Below, in pieces: positions 42,876-57,181 of a stretch of DNA of 64,000 nt. The first letter of the stretch is position 1, and every line of letters begins with the position of its first letter. A program made the translations under genes and the position numbers. The notes under the pieces were generated by a model. It saw only the letters and a list, made by a program, of their open reading frames with translations, was not told where the DNA came from and searched no databases. The stretch lies in NCBI RefSeq assembly GCF_009914755.1, contig NC_060948.1; one strand, written 5' to 3'. The stretch comes from the human T2T-CHM13v2.0 reference genome, Homo sapiens.

Positions 42876-45800
42876 AATGGAATGTACTCGAATGGATTCG
42901 ACTGGAATGGAATGTTCTGGAAGTGAATGGACTCCAATGGAATGGATTCAAAAGGAATGGAATCGTACGGAATGGAATCTAATGGAATGGAATTAAATGG
43001 AAATGAATCAAATTGAATAGCACGGAATTGAATTGAATGGAATGGAATGCAATGGAATCTAATGAAACGGAAAGGAAAGGAATGGAATGGAATGGAATGG
43101 GCTGGAATGGAAAGGAATCGAAACGAATGGAATGGAATCGAAGTGAAGAGACTGGAATGGAATGCACTGGAATGGAAGGGAGTGTAATGGAAGGTTCTCG
43201 ACAAAAATGGAATCGAATGGAATGGAATTGATTGGAACGGAATAGAGTCGAATGGAATTGAATGGAATGGAATGGACTAGAGTGAAATGGAATCGAACCA
43301 CAAGGAATGGACAGGAATAGAATGGTCTCGAATTGAATGGAATCGTATGGAATGGCATCAAACGGAATGGAATGGACAGCCACGGAATGGAATGCACTCG
43401 AATGCAATGGAGTCGAAACTAATGGACTGGAATAGAATGGACTCGAGTGGTACGGACTCCAATGGAATGGAATCGAATGGAAGGGAATCGAACGGAATGG
43501 AATCGAACGGAATGGACTCGAAGGGAAAAGACTGCAATGGAAAGGTCTCGAATGGAATGGAAATTAATGGAATGGAATGGAATCGAATGAAATGGAGTCA
43601 AAAGGAATGGAATCGAATGGCAAGAAATCGAATGTAATGGAATCGCCAGGAATTGATGTGAACGGAACGGAATGGAATGGAATCCAAAGGAATGGAATAG
43701 AATGGAATGGAATCGAATGGAAAGGACTCGAATGGAAATCACTCGAATAGAATGCAATTTAATAAAATAGGATCAAATGTAATGGAATGGAATGGAAAGG
43801 AATCGAAACGAAAGGAATGGAGACAGATGGAATGGAATGGAACAGAGAGCAATGGTATAGAATGGAATGGAATCATCTGGAATGGAATTGAATGGAATGG
43901 AATAATATGAAATGGAATGGAATGGAATGGAATGGAATGCCCTTGAATTAAATGGACTGGAATGGAATGGACTCAAACAGAGTGGAATGGAAAGTGTGGA
44001 GATAGAATGGAATGAACTCCTTTGGAATGGTGTAGTATGCAATGCAATCGACTGGCAGGGAATCAAAAGGAATGTAATCGAATGGATTGGACTGGAATGC
44101 AATGGACTCGAATAGATTGGAAACGGAATGCAAAGGAATGGAATGGAATAGTATGGAATGCAATGGAAGGGAATGGAGTGGAATAGACTAGAGTGGAATG
44201 GAATGGACTGGAAAGCAATGGACTGGAATGGAACTTTCTTGGATGGACTGGAATCAAACGGAATGGAATGCAATGCAATCAAATTGCATGGAATAAAATA
44301 GAATGAAAGAGAATCAAATGGAATTGAATCGAATGGAATCGAATGGATTGGAAAGGAATAGAATGGAATGGAATGGAATTGACTCAAATGGAATGGACTA
44401 GAATGGAATGGATTCGAATGGAAGGCAAAGGAATGGAATCTATTGGAATGGACTGTAATGGAATGGAATGGAAGGGATTGGAATGGACTCGAATGGAATG
44501 GACTGCAATAGAAAGGATTCGAATGGAATGAAAAAGAATTGAATGGAATAGAACAGAATGGAATCAAATCGAATGAAATGGAATGGAATAGAAAGGAATG
44601 GAATGAAATGGAATGGAAAGGATTCGAATGGAATGCAATCGAATGGAATGGAATCGAACGGAATGGAATAAAATGGAAGAAAACTGGCAAGAAATGGAAT
44701 CGAAATGAATGGAGTGTTATGGAACGGACTCAAAAGGAATTGAATGTAATAGAATGGAGTGGAGTGGACTCGAATATAATGGACTGGAATGGAATGAAAT
44801 CACATGGAATGGGAACGAATGGAATGGAATGGAAAGGAATGGAATCGAATGGAAAGGAATCAAATGGAAGGGAATGAAATTGAATCAACACGAATGGAAG
44901 GGAATAGAATAGACTGTAATGGAATGGACTCGAATAGAATGGACACGAATGCTCAAATTAAATGGACTCGAATGGAATGGAAACGAAAGGAATGTCATCG
45001 AATGGAATTGAATCGATTGGAATGAAATCGCATAGAATGGAGTGGAATCAAATGGAATTGAATCGAAAGGAAAGGAAGCGAATGGACTGAAATGAAACGG
45101 AATGGAATTGAATGGAAAGTAATGCAATGGAATAGAATGGAACGAAATTTCACGGAATGGAATCAAACTGAATGGAATCAAATCAATGGAATCAAATCAA
45201 ATGGAATGGAAAGGAATTGAATGGAGTAGATGGGATTGGATGGGATTGGAATGAAATGTACTGGAAAGGACTCGAATTTCATGAAACGGAATGGAATGAA
45301 TTGGAACGGAATGGACTCGAATGGAATGGAATGTCATGGGATGGCATCAAATGGAATGACATCAAATGGAATGGAATCGAATGCAATGGAATGCTATGGA
45401 ATGGAATGGAATGCATTGGAATGGAATGTCCGCTAATGGAATGGATTCGAGTGGAATGGAATTGAATATAATGGAGTCGAATGAAATGGAATTGAAAGGA
45501 ATGGGATCGAATACAATGGAATATACTGGAATGTAACGTAATGAACTGGAATGTAATTGACTGGAATGGAATGTACATGAATGGAATGTAATCGAATGGA
45601 AAGTAATCCAATGGAATAGAATCTAATGCAATAAAATCGACTCAGATAGAGTAGAATGTAATGGAATGGAGTGCAGTGCAATGGAATGGAATGGAATGGA
45701 ATGCAATGGAATGGAATGGAATGGAATGGAATGGAATGGAATGGAATGGAATGGGATGGAATGGTATGGAATGGATAGTAATGGACTGGAGTGAAATGGA

Positions 45801-46459
45801 CTGGAAAGGAATGGACTCAAATTGACAGCGCTCGAAAGGAATGGAGTCAAATGGAATGGTCTGGAATGGAATGAACACGAATGTAATGCAACCCAATAGA
45901 ATGGAATCGAATGGCATGGAATATAAAGAAATGGAATCGAAGAGAATGGAAACAAATGGAATGGAATTGAATGGAATGGAATTGAATGGAATGGGAACGA
46001 ATGGAGTGAAATTGTATGCAGTAGAAGAGAATAGAATGGAATGCAAGCGAAAGGAAAGGAATGGATTGGAATGGAATGGAATTCATTGGAATGGAAGGGA
46101 ATGTAGTGTAATGGACAGGCCTGGAATAAAGTGGAATGCTACGGTCTCGAATGGAATAAAAATGTATGGAATGGAATGCAATGAAACGGAATCGAATGTC
46201 ATAGAATGTAATGGAATGCAAAAAAATGGAATCCAAAATCATTGACTGGAAAGGCTGGGTGTCGAAAGGAATTGACTCCAACGGAATGGAATCGAATGGA
46301 ATGGAAGTGAATAGAATCGAACTAAATCGAATGGAATGGAATTGATAGGAACGGAATGGAAAGGAATGCAATGATTTGGCATGGAATGGAATCGAATGGC
46401 ATCGAATGGAATGGAATGGAATGCAATGGAATGGAATGTATTAGAATGTAATGAACTTT
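42876..46459 (+). repeat. DYZ1 unit 13 (3584 bp; copy of unit 10)
   Basis: Unit 10 markers recur at +10747 (XhoI at 43442-43447); tract n=9. Confidence 0.9.
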
Positions 46460-49400
46460 AATGGAATGTACTCGAATGGATTCGACTGGAATGGAATGTT
46501 CTGGAAGTGAATGGACTCCAATGGAATGGATTCAAAAGGAATGGAATCGTACGGAATGGAATCTAATGGAATGGAATTAAATGGAAATGAATCAAATTGA
46601 ATAGCACGGAATTGAATTGAATGGAATGGAATGCAATGGAATCTAATGAAACGGAAAGGAAAGGAATGGAATGGAATGGAATGGGCTGGAATGGAAAGGA
46701 ATCGAAACGAAAGGAATGGAATCGAAGTGAAGAGACTGGAATGGAATGCACTGGAATGGAAGGGAGTGTAATGGAAGGTTCTCGAAAAAAATGGAATCGA
46801 ATGGAATGGAATTGAATGGAACGGAATAGAGTCGAATGGAATTGAATGGAATGGAATGGACTAGAGTGAAATGGAATCGAACCACAAGGAATGGACAGGA
46901 ATAGAATGGTCTCGAATTGAATGGAATCGTATGGAATGGCATCAAACGGAATGGAATGGACAGCCACGGAATGGAATGCACTCGAAAGCAATGGAGTCGA
47001 AACTAATGGACTGGAATAGAGTGGACTCGACTGGTACGGACTCCAATGGAATGGAATCGAATGGAAGGGAATCGAACGGAAGGGAATCGAACGGAATGGA
47101 CTCGAAGGGAAAAGACTGCAATGGAAAGGTCTCGAATGGAATGGAAATTAATGGAATGGAATGGAATCGAATGAAATGGAGTCAAAAGGAATGGAATCGA
47201 ATGGCAAGAAATCGAATGTAATGGAATCGCCAGGAATTGATGTGAACGGAACGGAATGGAATGGAATCCAAAGGAATGGAATAGAATGGAATGGAATCGA
47301 ATGGAAAGGACTCGAATGGAAATCACTCGAATAGAATGCAATTTAATAAAATAGGATCAAATGTAATGGAATGGAATGGAAAGGAATCGAAACGAAAGGA
47401 ATGGAGACAGATGGAATGGAATGGAACAGAGAGCAATGGTATAGAATGGAATGGAATCATCTGGAATGGAATTGAATGGAATGGAATAATATGAAATGGA
47501 ATGGAATGGAATGGAATGGAATGCCCTTGAATTGAATGGACTGGAATAGAATGGACTCAAACAGAGTGGAATGGAAAGTGTGGAGATAGAATGGAATGAA
47601 CTCCTTTGGAATGGTGTAGTATGCAATGCAATCGACTGGCAGGGAATCAAAAGGTATGTAATCGAATGGATTGGACTGGAATGCAAAGGACTCGAATAGA
47701 TTGGAAACGGAATGCAAAGGAATGGAATGGAATAGTATGGAATGCAATGGAAGGGAATGGAGTGGAATAGACTAGAGTGGAATGGAATGGACTGGAAAGC
47801 AATGGACTGGAATGGAACTTTCTTGGATGGACTGGAATCAAACGGAATGGAATGCAGTGCAATCAAATGGCATGGAATAAAATAGAATGAAAGAGAATCA
47901 AATGGAATTGAATCGAATGGAATCGAATGGATTGGAAAGGAATAGAATGGAATGGAATGGAATGGACTCAAATGGAATGGACTAGAATGGAATGGATTCG
48001 AATGGAAGGCAAAGGAATGGAATCTATTGGAATGGACTGTAATGGAATGGAATGGAAGGGATTGGAATGGACTCGAATGGAATGGACTGCAATAGAAAGG
48101 ATTCGAATGGAATGAAAAAGAATTGAATGGAATAGAACAGAATGGAATCAAATCGAATGAAATGGAATGGAATAGAAAGGAATGGAATGAAATGGAATGG
48201 AAAGGATTCGAATGGAATGCAATCGAATGGAATGGAATCGAACGGAATGGAAGAAAATGGAAGAAAACTGGCAAGAAATGGAATCGAAATGAATGGAGTG
48301 TTATGGAACGGACTCAAAAGGAATTGAATGTAATAGAATGGAGTGGAGTGGACTCGAATATAATGGACTGGAATGGAATGAAATCACATGGAATGGGAAC
48401 GAATGGAATGGAATGGAAAGGAATGGAATCGAATGGAAAGGAATCGAATGGAAGGGAATGAAATTGAATCAACAGGAATGGAAGGCAATAGAATAGACTG
48501 TAATGGAATGGACTCGAATAGAATGGACACGAATGCTCAAATTAAATGGACTCGAATGGAATGGAAACGAAAGGAATGTCATCGAATGGAATTGAATCGA
48601 TTGGAATGAAATCGCATAGAATGGAGTGGAATCAAATGGAATTGAATCGAAAGGAAAGGAAGTGAATGGACTGAAATGAAATGGAATGGAATTGAATGGA
48701 AAGTAATGCAATGGAATAGAATGGAACGAAATTTCACGGAATGGAATCAAACTGAATGGAATCAAATCAATGGAATCAAATCAAATGGAATGGAAAGGAA
48801 TTGAATGGAGTAGATGGGATTGGATGGGATTGGAATGAAATGTACTGGAAAGGACTCGAATTTCATGAAACGGAATGGAATGAATTGGAACGGAATGGAC
48901 TCGAATGGAATGGAATGTCATGGGATGGCATCAAATGGAATGGCATCAAATGGAATGGAATCGAATGCAATGGAATGCTATGGAATGGAATGGAATGCAT
49001 TGGAATGGAATGTCCTCTAATGGAGTGGATTCGAGTGGAATGGAATTGAATATAATGGAGTCGAATGAAATGGAATTGAAAGGAATGGGATCGAATACAA
49101 TGGAATATACAGGAATGTAACGTAATGAACTCGAATGTAATTGACTGGAATGGAATGTACATGAATGGAATGTAATCGAATGGAAAGTAATCCAATGGAA
49201 TAGAATCTAATGCAATAAAATCGACTCAGATAGAGTAGAATGTAATGGAATGGAGTGCAGTGCAATGGAATGGAATGGAATGGAATGCAATGGAATGGAA
49301 TGGAATGGAATGGAATGGAATGGAATGGAATGGAATGGGATGGAATGGTATGGAATGGATAGTAATGGACTGGAGTGAAATGGACTGGAAAGGAATGGAC

Positions 49401-50043
49401 TCAAATTGAAAGGGCTCGAAAGGAATGGAGTCAAATGGAATGGTCTGGTATGGAATGAACACGAATGTAATGCAACCCAATAGAATGGAATCGAATGGCA
49501 TGGAATATAAAGAAATGGAATCGAAGAGAATGGAAACAAATGGAATGGAATTGAATGGAATGGAATTGAATGGAATGGGAACGAATGGAGTGAAATTGTA
49601 TGCAGTAGAAGAGAATAGAATGGAATGCAAGCGAAAGGAAAGGAATGGATTGGAATGGAATGGAATTCATTGGAATGGAAGGGAATGTAGTGTAATGGAC
49701 AGGCCTGGAATAAAGTGGAATGCTACGGTCTCGAATGGAATAAAAATGTATGGAATGGAATGCAATGAAACGGAATCGAATGTCATAGAATGTAATGGAA
49801 TGCAAAAAAATGGAATCCAAAATCATTGACTGGAAAGGCTGGGTGTCGAAAGGAATTGACTCCAATGGAATGGAATCGAATGGAATGGAAGTGAATAGAA
49901 TCGAACTAAATCGAATGGAATGGAATTGATAGGAACGGAATGGAAAGGAATGCAATGATTTGGCATGGAATGGAATCGAATGGCATCGAATGGAATGGAA
50001 TGGAATGCAATGGAATGGAATGTATTAGAATGGAATGAACTTT
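46460..50043 (+). repeat. DYZ1 unit 14 (3584 bp; B-type proximal, C-type distal)
   Basis: Last B marker AAGGCAATA at 48486; C markers TGGAGTGGAT (49025) and TCTGGTATGG (49449). Confidence 0.9.
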
Positions 50044-53000
50044 AATGGAATGTACTCGAATGGATTCGACTGGAATGGAATGTTCTGGAAGTGAATGGAC
50101 TCCAATGGAATGGATTCAAAAGGAATGGAATCGTACGGAATGGAATCTAATGGAATGGAATTAAATGGAAATGAATCAAATTGAATAGCACGGAATTGAA
50201 TTGAATGGAATGGAATGCAATGGAATCTAATGAAACGGAAAGGAAAGGAATGGAATGGAATGGAATGGGCTGGAATGGAAAGGAATCGAAACGAATGGAA
50301 TGGAATCGAAGTGAAGAGACTGGAATGGAATGCACTGGAATGGAAGGGAGTGTAATGGAAGGTTCTCGAAAAAAATGGAATCGAATGGAATGGAATTGAA
50401 TGGAACGGAATAGAGTCGAATGGAATTGAATGGAATGGAATGGACTAGAGTGAAATGGAATCGAACCACAAGGAATGGACAGGAATAGAATGGTCTCGAA
50501 TTGAATGGAATCGTATGGAATGGCATCAAACGGAATGGAATGGACAGCCACGGAATGGAATGCACTCGAATGCAATGGAGTCGAAACTAATGGACTGGAA
50601 TAGAATGGACTCGACTGGTACGGACTGCAATGGAATGGAATCGAATGGAAGGGAATCGAACGGAATGGACTCGAAGGGAAAAGACTGCAATGGAAAGGTC
50701 TCGAATGGAATGGAAATTAATGGAATGGAATGGAATCGAATGAAATGGAGTCAAAAGGAATGGAATCGAATGGCAAGAAATCGAATGTAATGGAATCGCA
50801 AGGAATTGATGTGAACGGAACGGAATGGAATGGAATCCAAAGGAATGGAATAGAATGGAATGGAATCGAATGGAAAGGACTCGAATGGAAATCACTCGAA
50901 TAGAATGCAATTTAATAAAATAGGATCAAATGTAATGGAATGGAATGGAAAGGAATCGAAACGAAAGGAATGGAGACAGATGGAATGGAATGGAACAGAG
51001 AGCAATGGTATAGAATGGAATGGAATCATCTGGAATGGAATTGAATGGAATGGAATAATATGAAATGGAATGGAATGGAATGGAATGGAATGGAATGCCC
51101 TTGAATTAAACGGACTGGAATGGAATGGACTCAAACAGAGTGGAATGGAAAGTGTGGAGATAGAATGGAATGAACTCCTTTGGAATGGTGTAGTATGCAA
51201 TGCAATCGACTGGCAGGGAATCAAAAGGAATGTAATCGAATGGATTGGACTGGAATGCAATGGACTCGAATAGATTGGAAACGGAATGCAAAGGAATGGA
51301 ATGGAATAGTATGGAATGCAATGGAAGGGAATGGAGTGGAATAGACTAGAGTGGAATGGAATGGACTGGAAAGCAATGGACTGGAATGGAACTTTCTTGG
51401 ATGGACTGGAATCAAACGGAATGGAATGCAATGCAATCAAATGGCATGGAATAAAATAGAATGAAAGAGAATCAAATGGAATTGAATCGAATGGAATCGA
51501 ATGGATTGGAAAGGAATAGAATGGAATGGAATGGAATGGACTCAAATGGAATGTACTAGAATGGAATGGATTCGAATGGAAGGCAAAGGAATGGAATCTA
51601 TTGGAATGGACTGTAATGGAATGGAATGGAAGGGATTGGAATGGACTCGAATGGAATGGACTGCAATAGAAAGGATTCGAATGGAATGAAAAAGAATTGA
51701 ATGGAATAGAACAGAATGGAATCAAATCGAATGAAATGGAATGGAATAGAAAGGAATGGAATGAAATGGAATGGAAAGGATTCGAATGGAATGCAATCGA
51801 ATGGAATGGAATCGAACGGAATGGAATAAAATGGAAGAAAACTGGCAAGAAATGGAATCGAAATGAATGGAGTGTTATGGAACGGACTCAAAAGGAATTG
51901 AATGTAATAGAATGGAGTGGAGTGGACTCGAATATAATGGACTGGAATGGAATGAAATCACATGGAATGGGAACGAATGGAATGGAATGGAAAGGAATGG
52001 AATCGAATGGAAAGGAATCGAATGGAAGGGAATGAAATTGAATCAACACGAATGGAAGGGAATAGAATAGACTGTAATGGAATGGACTCGAATAGAATGG
52101 ACACGAATGCTCAAATTAAATGGACTCGAATGGAATGGAAACGAAAGGAATGTCACCGAATGGAATTGAATCGATTGGAATGAAATCGCATAGAATGGAG
52201 TGGAATCAAATGGAATTGAATCGAAAGGAAAGGAAGCGAATGGACTGAAATGAAATGGAATGGAATTGAATGGAAAGTAATGCAATGGAATAGAATGGAA
52301 CGAAATTTCACGGAATGGAATCAAACTGAATGGAATCAAATCAATGGAATCAAATCAAATGGAATGGAAAGGAATTGAATGGAGTAGATGGGATTGGATG
52401 GGATTGGAATGAAATGTACTGGAAAGGACTCGAATTTCATGAAACGGAATGGAATGAATTGGAACGGAATGGACTCGAATGGAATGGAATGTCATGGGAT
52501 GGCATCAAATGGAATGGCATCAAATGGAATGGAATCGAATGCAATGGAATGCTATGGAATGGAATGGAATGCATTGGAATGGAATGTCCTCTAATGGAGT
52601 GGATTCGAGTGGAATGGAATTGAATATAATGGAGTCGAATGAAATGGAATTGAAAGGAATGGGATCGAATACAATTGAATATACAGGAATGTAACGTAAT
52701 GAACTCGAATGTAATTGACTGGAATGGAATGTACATGAATGGAATGTAATCGAATGGAAAGTAATCCAATGGAATAGAATCTAATGCAATAAAATCGACT
52801 CAGATAGAGTAGAATGTAATGGAATGGAGTGCAGTGCAATGGAATGGAATGGAATGGAATGCAATGGAATGGAATGGAATGGAATGGAATGGAATGGAAT
52901 GGGATGGAATGGTATGGAATGGATAGTAATGGACTGGAGTGAAATGGACTGGAAAGGAATGGACTCAAATTGAAAGGGCTCGAAAGGAATGGAGTCAAAT

Positions 53001-56000
53001 GGAATGGTCTGGTATGGAATGAACACGAATGTAATGCAACCCAATAGAATGGAATCGAATGGCATGGAATATAAAGAAATGGAATCGAAGAGAATGGAAA
53101 CAAATGGAATGGAATTGAATGGAATGGAATTGAATGGAATGGGAACGAATGGAGTGAAATTGTATGCAGTAGAAGAGAATAGAATGGAATGCAAGCGAAA
53201 GGAAAGGAATGGATTGGAATGGAATGGAATTCATTGGAATGGAAGGGAATGTAGTGTAATGGACAGGCCTGGAATAAAGTGGAATGCTACGGTCTCGAAT
53301 GGAATAAAAATGTATGGAATGGAATGCAATGAAACGGAATCGAATGTCATAGAATGTAATGGAATGCAAAAAAATGGAATCCAAAATCATTGACTGGAAA
53401 GGCTGGGTGTCGAAAGGAATTGACTCCAACGGAATGGAATCGAATGGAATGGAAGTGAATAGAATCGAACTAAATCGAATGGAATGGAATTGATAGGAAC
53501 GGAATGGAAAGGAATGCAATGATTTGGCATGGAATGGAATCGAATGGCATCGAATGGAATGGAATGGAATGCAATGGAATGGAATGTATTAGAATGTAAT
53601 GAACTTTAATGGAATGTACTCGAATGGATTCGACTGGAATGGAATGTTCTGGAAGTGAATGGACTCCAATGGAATGGATTCAAAAGGAATGGAATCGTAC
53701 GGAATGGAATCTAATGGAATGGAATTAAATGGAAATGAATCAAATTGAATAGCACGGAATTGAATTGAATGGAATGGAATGCAATGGAATCTAATGAAAC
53801 GGAAAGGAAAGGAATGGAATGGAATGGAATGGGCTGGAATGGAAAGGAATCGAAACGAATGGAATGGAATCGAAGTGAAGAGACTGGAATGGAATGCACT
53901 GGAATGGAAGGGAGTGTAATGGAAGGTTCTCGAAAAAAATGGAATCGAATGGAATGGAATTGAATGGAACGGAATAGAGTCGAATGGAATTGAATGGAAT
54001 GGAATGGACTAGAGTGAAATGGAATCGAACCACAAGGAATGGACAGGAATAGAATGGTCTCGAATTGAATGGAATCGTATGGAATGGCATCAAACGGAAT
54101 GGAATGGACAGCCACGGAATGGAATGCACTCGAATGCAATGGAGTCGAAACTAATGGACTGGAATAGAATGGACTCGACTGGTACGGACTCCAATGGAAT
54201 GGAATCGAATGGAAGGGAATCGAACGGAATGGAATCGAACGGAATGGACTCGAAGGGAAAAGACTGCAATGGAAAGGTCTCGAATGGAATGGAAATTAAT
54301 GGAATGGAATGGAATCGAATGAAATGGAGTCAAAAGGAATGGAATCGAATGGCAAGAAATCGAATGTAATGGAATCGCCAGGAATTGATGTGAACGGAAC
54401 GGAATGGAATGGAATCCAAAGGAATGGAATAGAATGGAATGGAATCGAATGGAAAGGACTCGAATGGAAATCACTCGAATAGAATGCAATTTAATAAAAT
54501 AGGATCAAATGTAATGGAATGGAATGGAAAGGAATCGAAACGAAAGGAATGGAGACAGATGGAATGGAATGGAACAGAGAGCAATGGTATAGAATGGAAT
54601 GGAATCATCTGGAATGGAATTGAATGGAATGGAATAATATGAAATGGAATGGAATGGAATGGAATGGAATGCCCTTGAATTAAATGGACTGGAATGGAAT
54701 GGACTCAAACAGAGTGGAATGGAAAGTGTGGAGATAGAATGGAATGAACTCCTTTGGAATGGTGTAGTATGCAATGCAATCGACTGGCAGGGAATCAAAA
54801 GGAATGTAATCGAATGGATTGGACTGGAATGCAATGGACTCGAATAGATTGGAAACGGAATGCAAAGGAATGGAATGGAATAGTATGGAATGCAATGGAA
54901 GGGAATGGAGTGGAATAGACTAGAGTGGAATGGAATGGACTGGAAAGCAATGGACTGGAATGGAACTTTCTTGGATGGACTGGAATCAAACGGAATGGAA
55001 TGCAATGCAATCAAATGGCATGGAATAAAATAGAATGAAAGAGAATCAAATGGAATTGAATCGAATGGAATCGAATGGATTGGAAAGGAATAGAATGGAA
55101 TGGAATGGAATGGACTCAAATGGAATGTACTAGAATGGAATGGATTCGAATGGAAGGCAAAGGAATGGAATCTGTTGGAATGGACTGTAATGGAATGGAA
55201 TGGAAGGGATTGGAATGGACTCGAATGGAATGGACTGCAATAGAAAGGATTCGAATGGAATGAAAAAGAATTGAATGGAATAGAACAGAATGGAATCAAA
55301 TCGAATGAAATGGAATGGAATAGAAAGGAATGGAATGAAATGGAATGGAAAGGATTCGAATGGAATGCAATCGAATGGAATGGAATCGAACGGAATGGAA
55401 TAAAATGGAAGAAAACTGGCAAGAAATGGAATCGAAATGAATGGAGTGTTATGGAACGGACTCAAAAGGAATTGAATGTAATAGAATGGAGTGGAGTGGA
55501 CTCGAATATAATGGACTGGAATGGAATGAAATCACATGGAATGGGAACGAATGGAATGGAATGGAAAGGAATGGAATCGAATGGAAAGGAATCGAATGGA
55601 AGGGAATGAAATTGAATCAACACGAATGGAAGGGAATAGAATAGACTGTAATGGAATGGACTCGAATAGAATGGACACGAATGCTCAAATTAAATGGACT
55701 CGAATGGAATGGAAACGAAAGGAATGTCACCGAATGGAATTGAATCGATTGGAATGAAATCGCATAGAATGGAGTGGAATCAAATGGAATTGAATCGAAA
55801 GGAAAGGAAGCGAATGGACTGAAATGAAATGGAATGGAATTGAATGGAAAGTAATGCAATGGAATAGAATGGAACGAAATTTCACGGAATGGAATCAAAC
55901 TGAATGGAATCAAATCAATGGAATCAAATCAAATGGAATGGAAAGGAATTGAATGGAGTAGATGGGATTGGATGGGATTGGAATGAAATGTACTGGAAAG

Positions 56001-57181
56001 GACTCGAATTTCATGAAACGGAATGGAATGAATTGGAACGGAATGGACTCGAATGGAATGGAATGTCATGGGATGGCATCAAATGGAATGGCATCAAATG
56101 GAATGGAATCGAATGCAATGGAATGCTATGGAATGGAATGGAATGCATTGGAATGGAATGTCCTCTAATGGAGTGGATTCGAGTGGAATGGAATTGAATA
56201 TAATGGAGTCGAATGAAATGGAATTGAAAGGAATGGGATCGAATACAATGGAATATACAGGAATGTAACGTAATGAACTCGAATGTAATTGACTGGAATG
56301 GAATGTACATGAATGGAATGTAATCGAATGGAAAGTAATCCAATGGAATAGAATCTAATGCAATAAAATCGACTCAGATAGAGTAGAATGTAATGGAATG
56401 GAGTGCAGTGCAATGGAATGGAATGGAATGGAATGCAATGGAATGGAATGGAATGGAATGGAATGGAATGGAATGGGATGGAATGGTATGGAATGGATAG
56501 TAATGGACTGGAGTGAAATGGACTGGAAAGGAATGGACTCAAATTGAAAGGGCTCGAAAGGAATGGAGTCAAATGGAATGGTCTGGTATGGAATGAACAC
56601 GAATGTAATGCAACCCAATAGAATGGAATCGAATGGCATGGAATATAAAGAAATGGAATCGAAGAGAATGGAAACAAATGGAATGGAATTGAATGGAATG
56701 GAATTGAATGGAATGGGAACGAATGGAGTGAAATTGTATGCAGTAGAAGAGAATAGAATGGAATGCAAGCGAAAGGAAAGGAATGGATTGGAATGGAATG
56801 GAATTCATTGGAATGGAAGGGAATGTAGTGTAATGGACAGGCCTGGAATAAAGTGGAATGCTACGGTCTCGAATGGAATAAAAATGTATGGAATGGAATG
56901 CAATGAAACGGAATCGAATGTCATAGAATGTAATGGAATGCAAAAAAATGGAATCCAAAATCATTGACTGGAAAGGCTGGGTGTCGAAAGGAATTGACTC
57001 CAACGGAATGGAATCGAATGGAATGGAAGTGAATAGAATCGAACTAAATCGAATGGAATGGAATTGATAGGAACGGAATGGAAAGGAATGCAATGATTTG
57101 GCATGGAATGGAATCGAATGGCATCGAATGGAATGGAATGGAATGCAATGGAATGGAATGTATTAGAATGTAATGAACTTT
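50044..57181 (+). repeat. DYZ1 units 15-16 (3564 and 3574 bp; haplotype 'C')
   Basis: Shared GTACTAG, TGTCACCG, GGAGTGGATT, TCTGGTATGG; tract n=7 in both. Confidence 0.9.
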
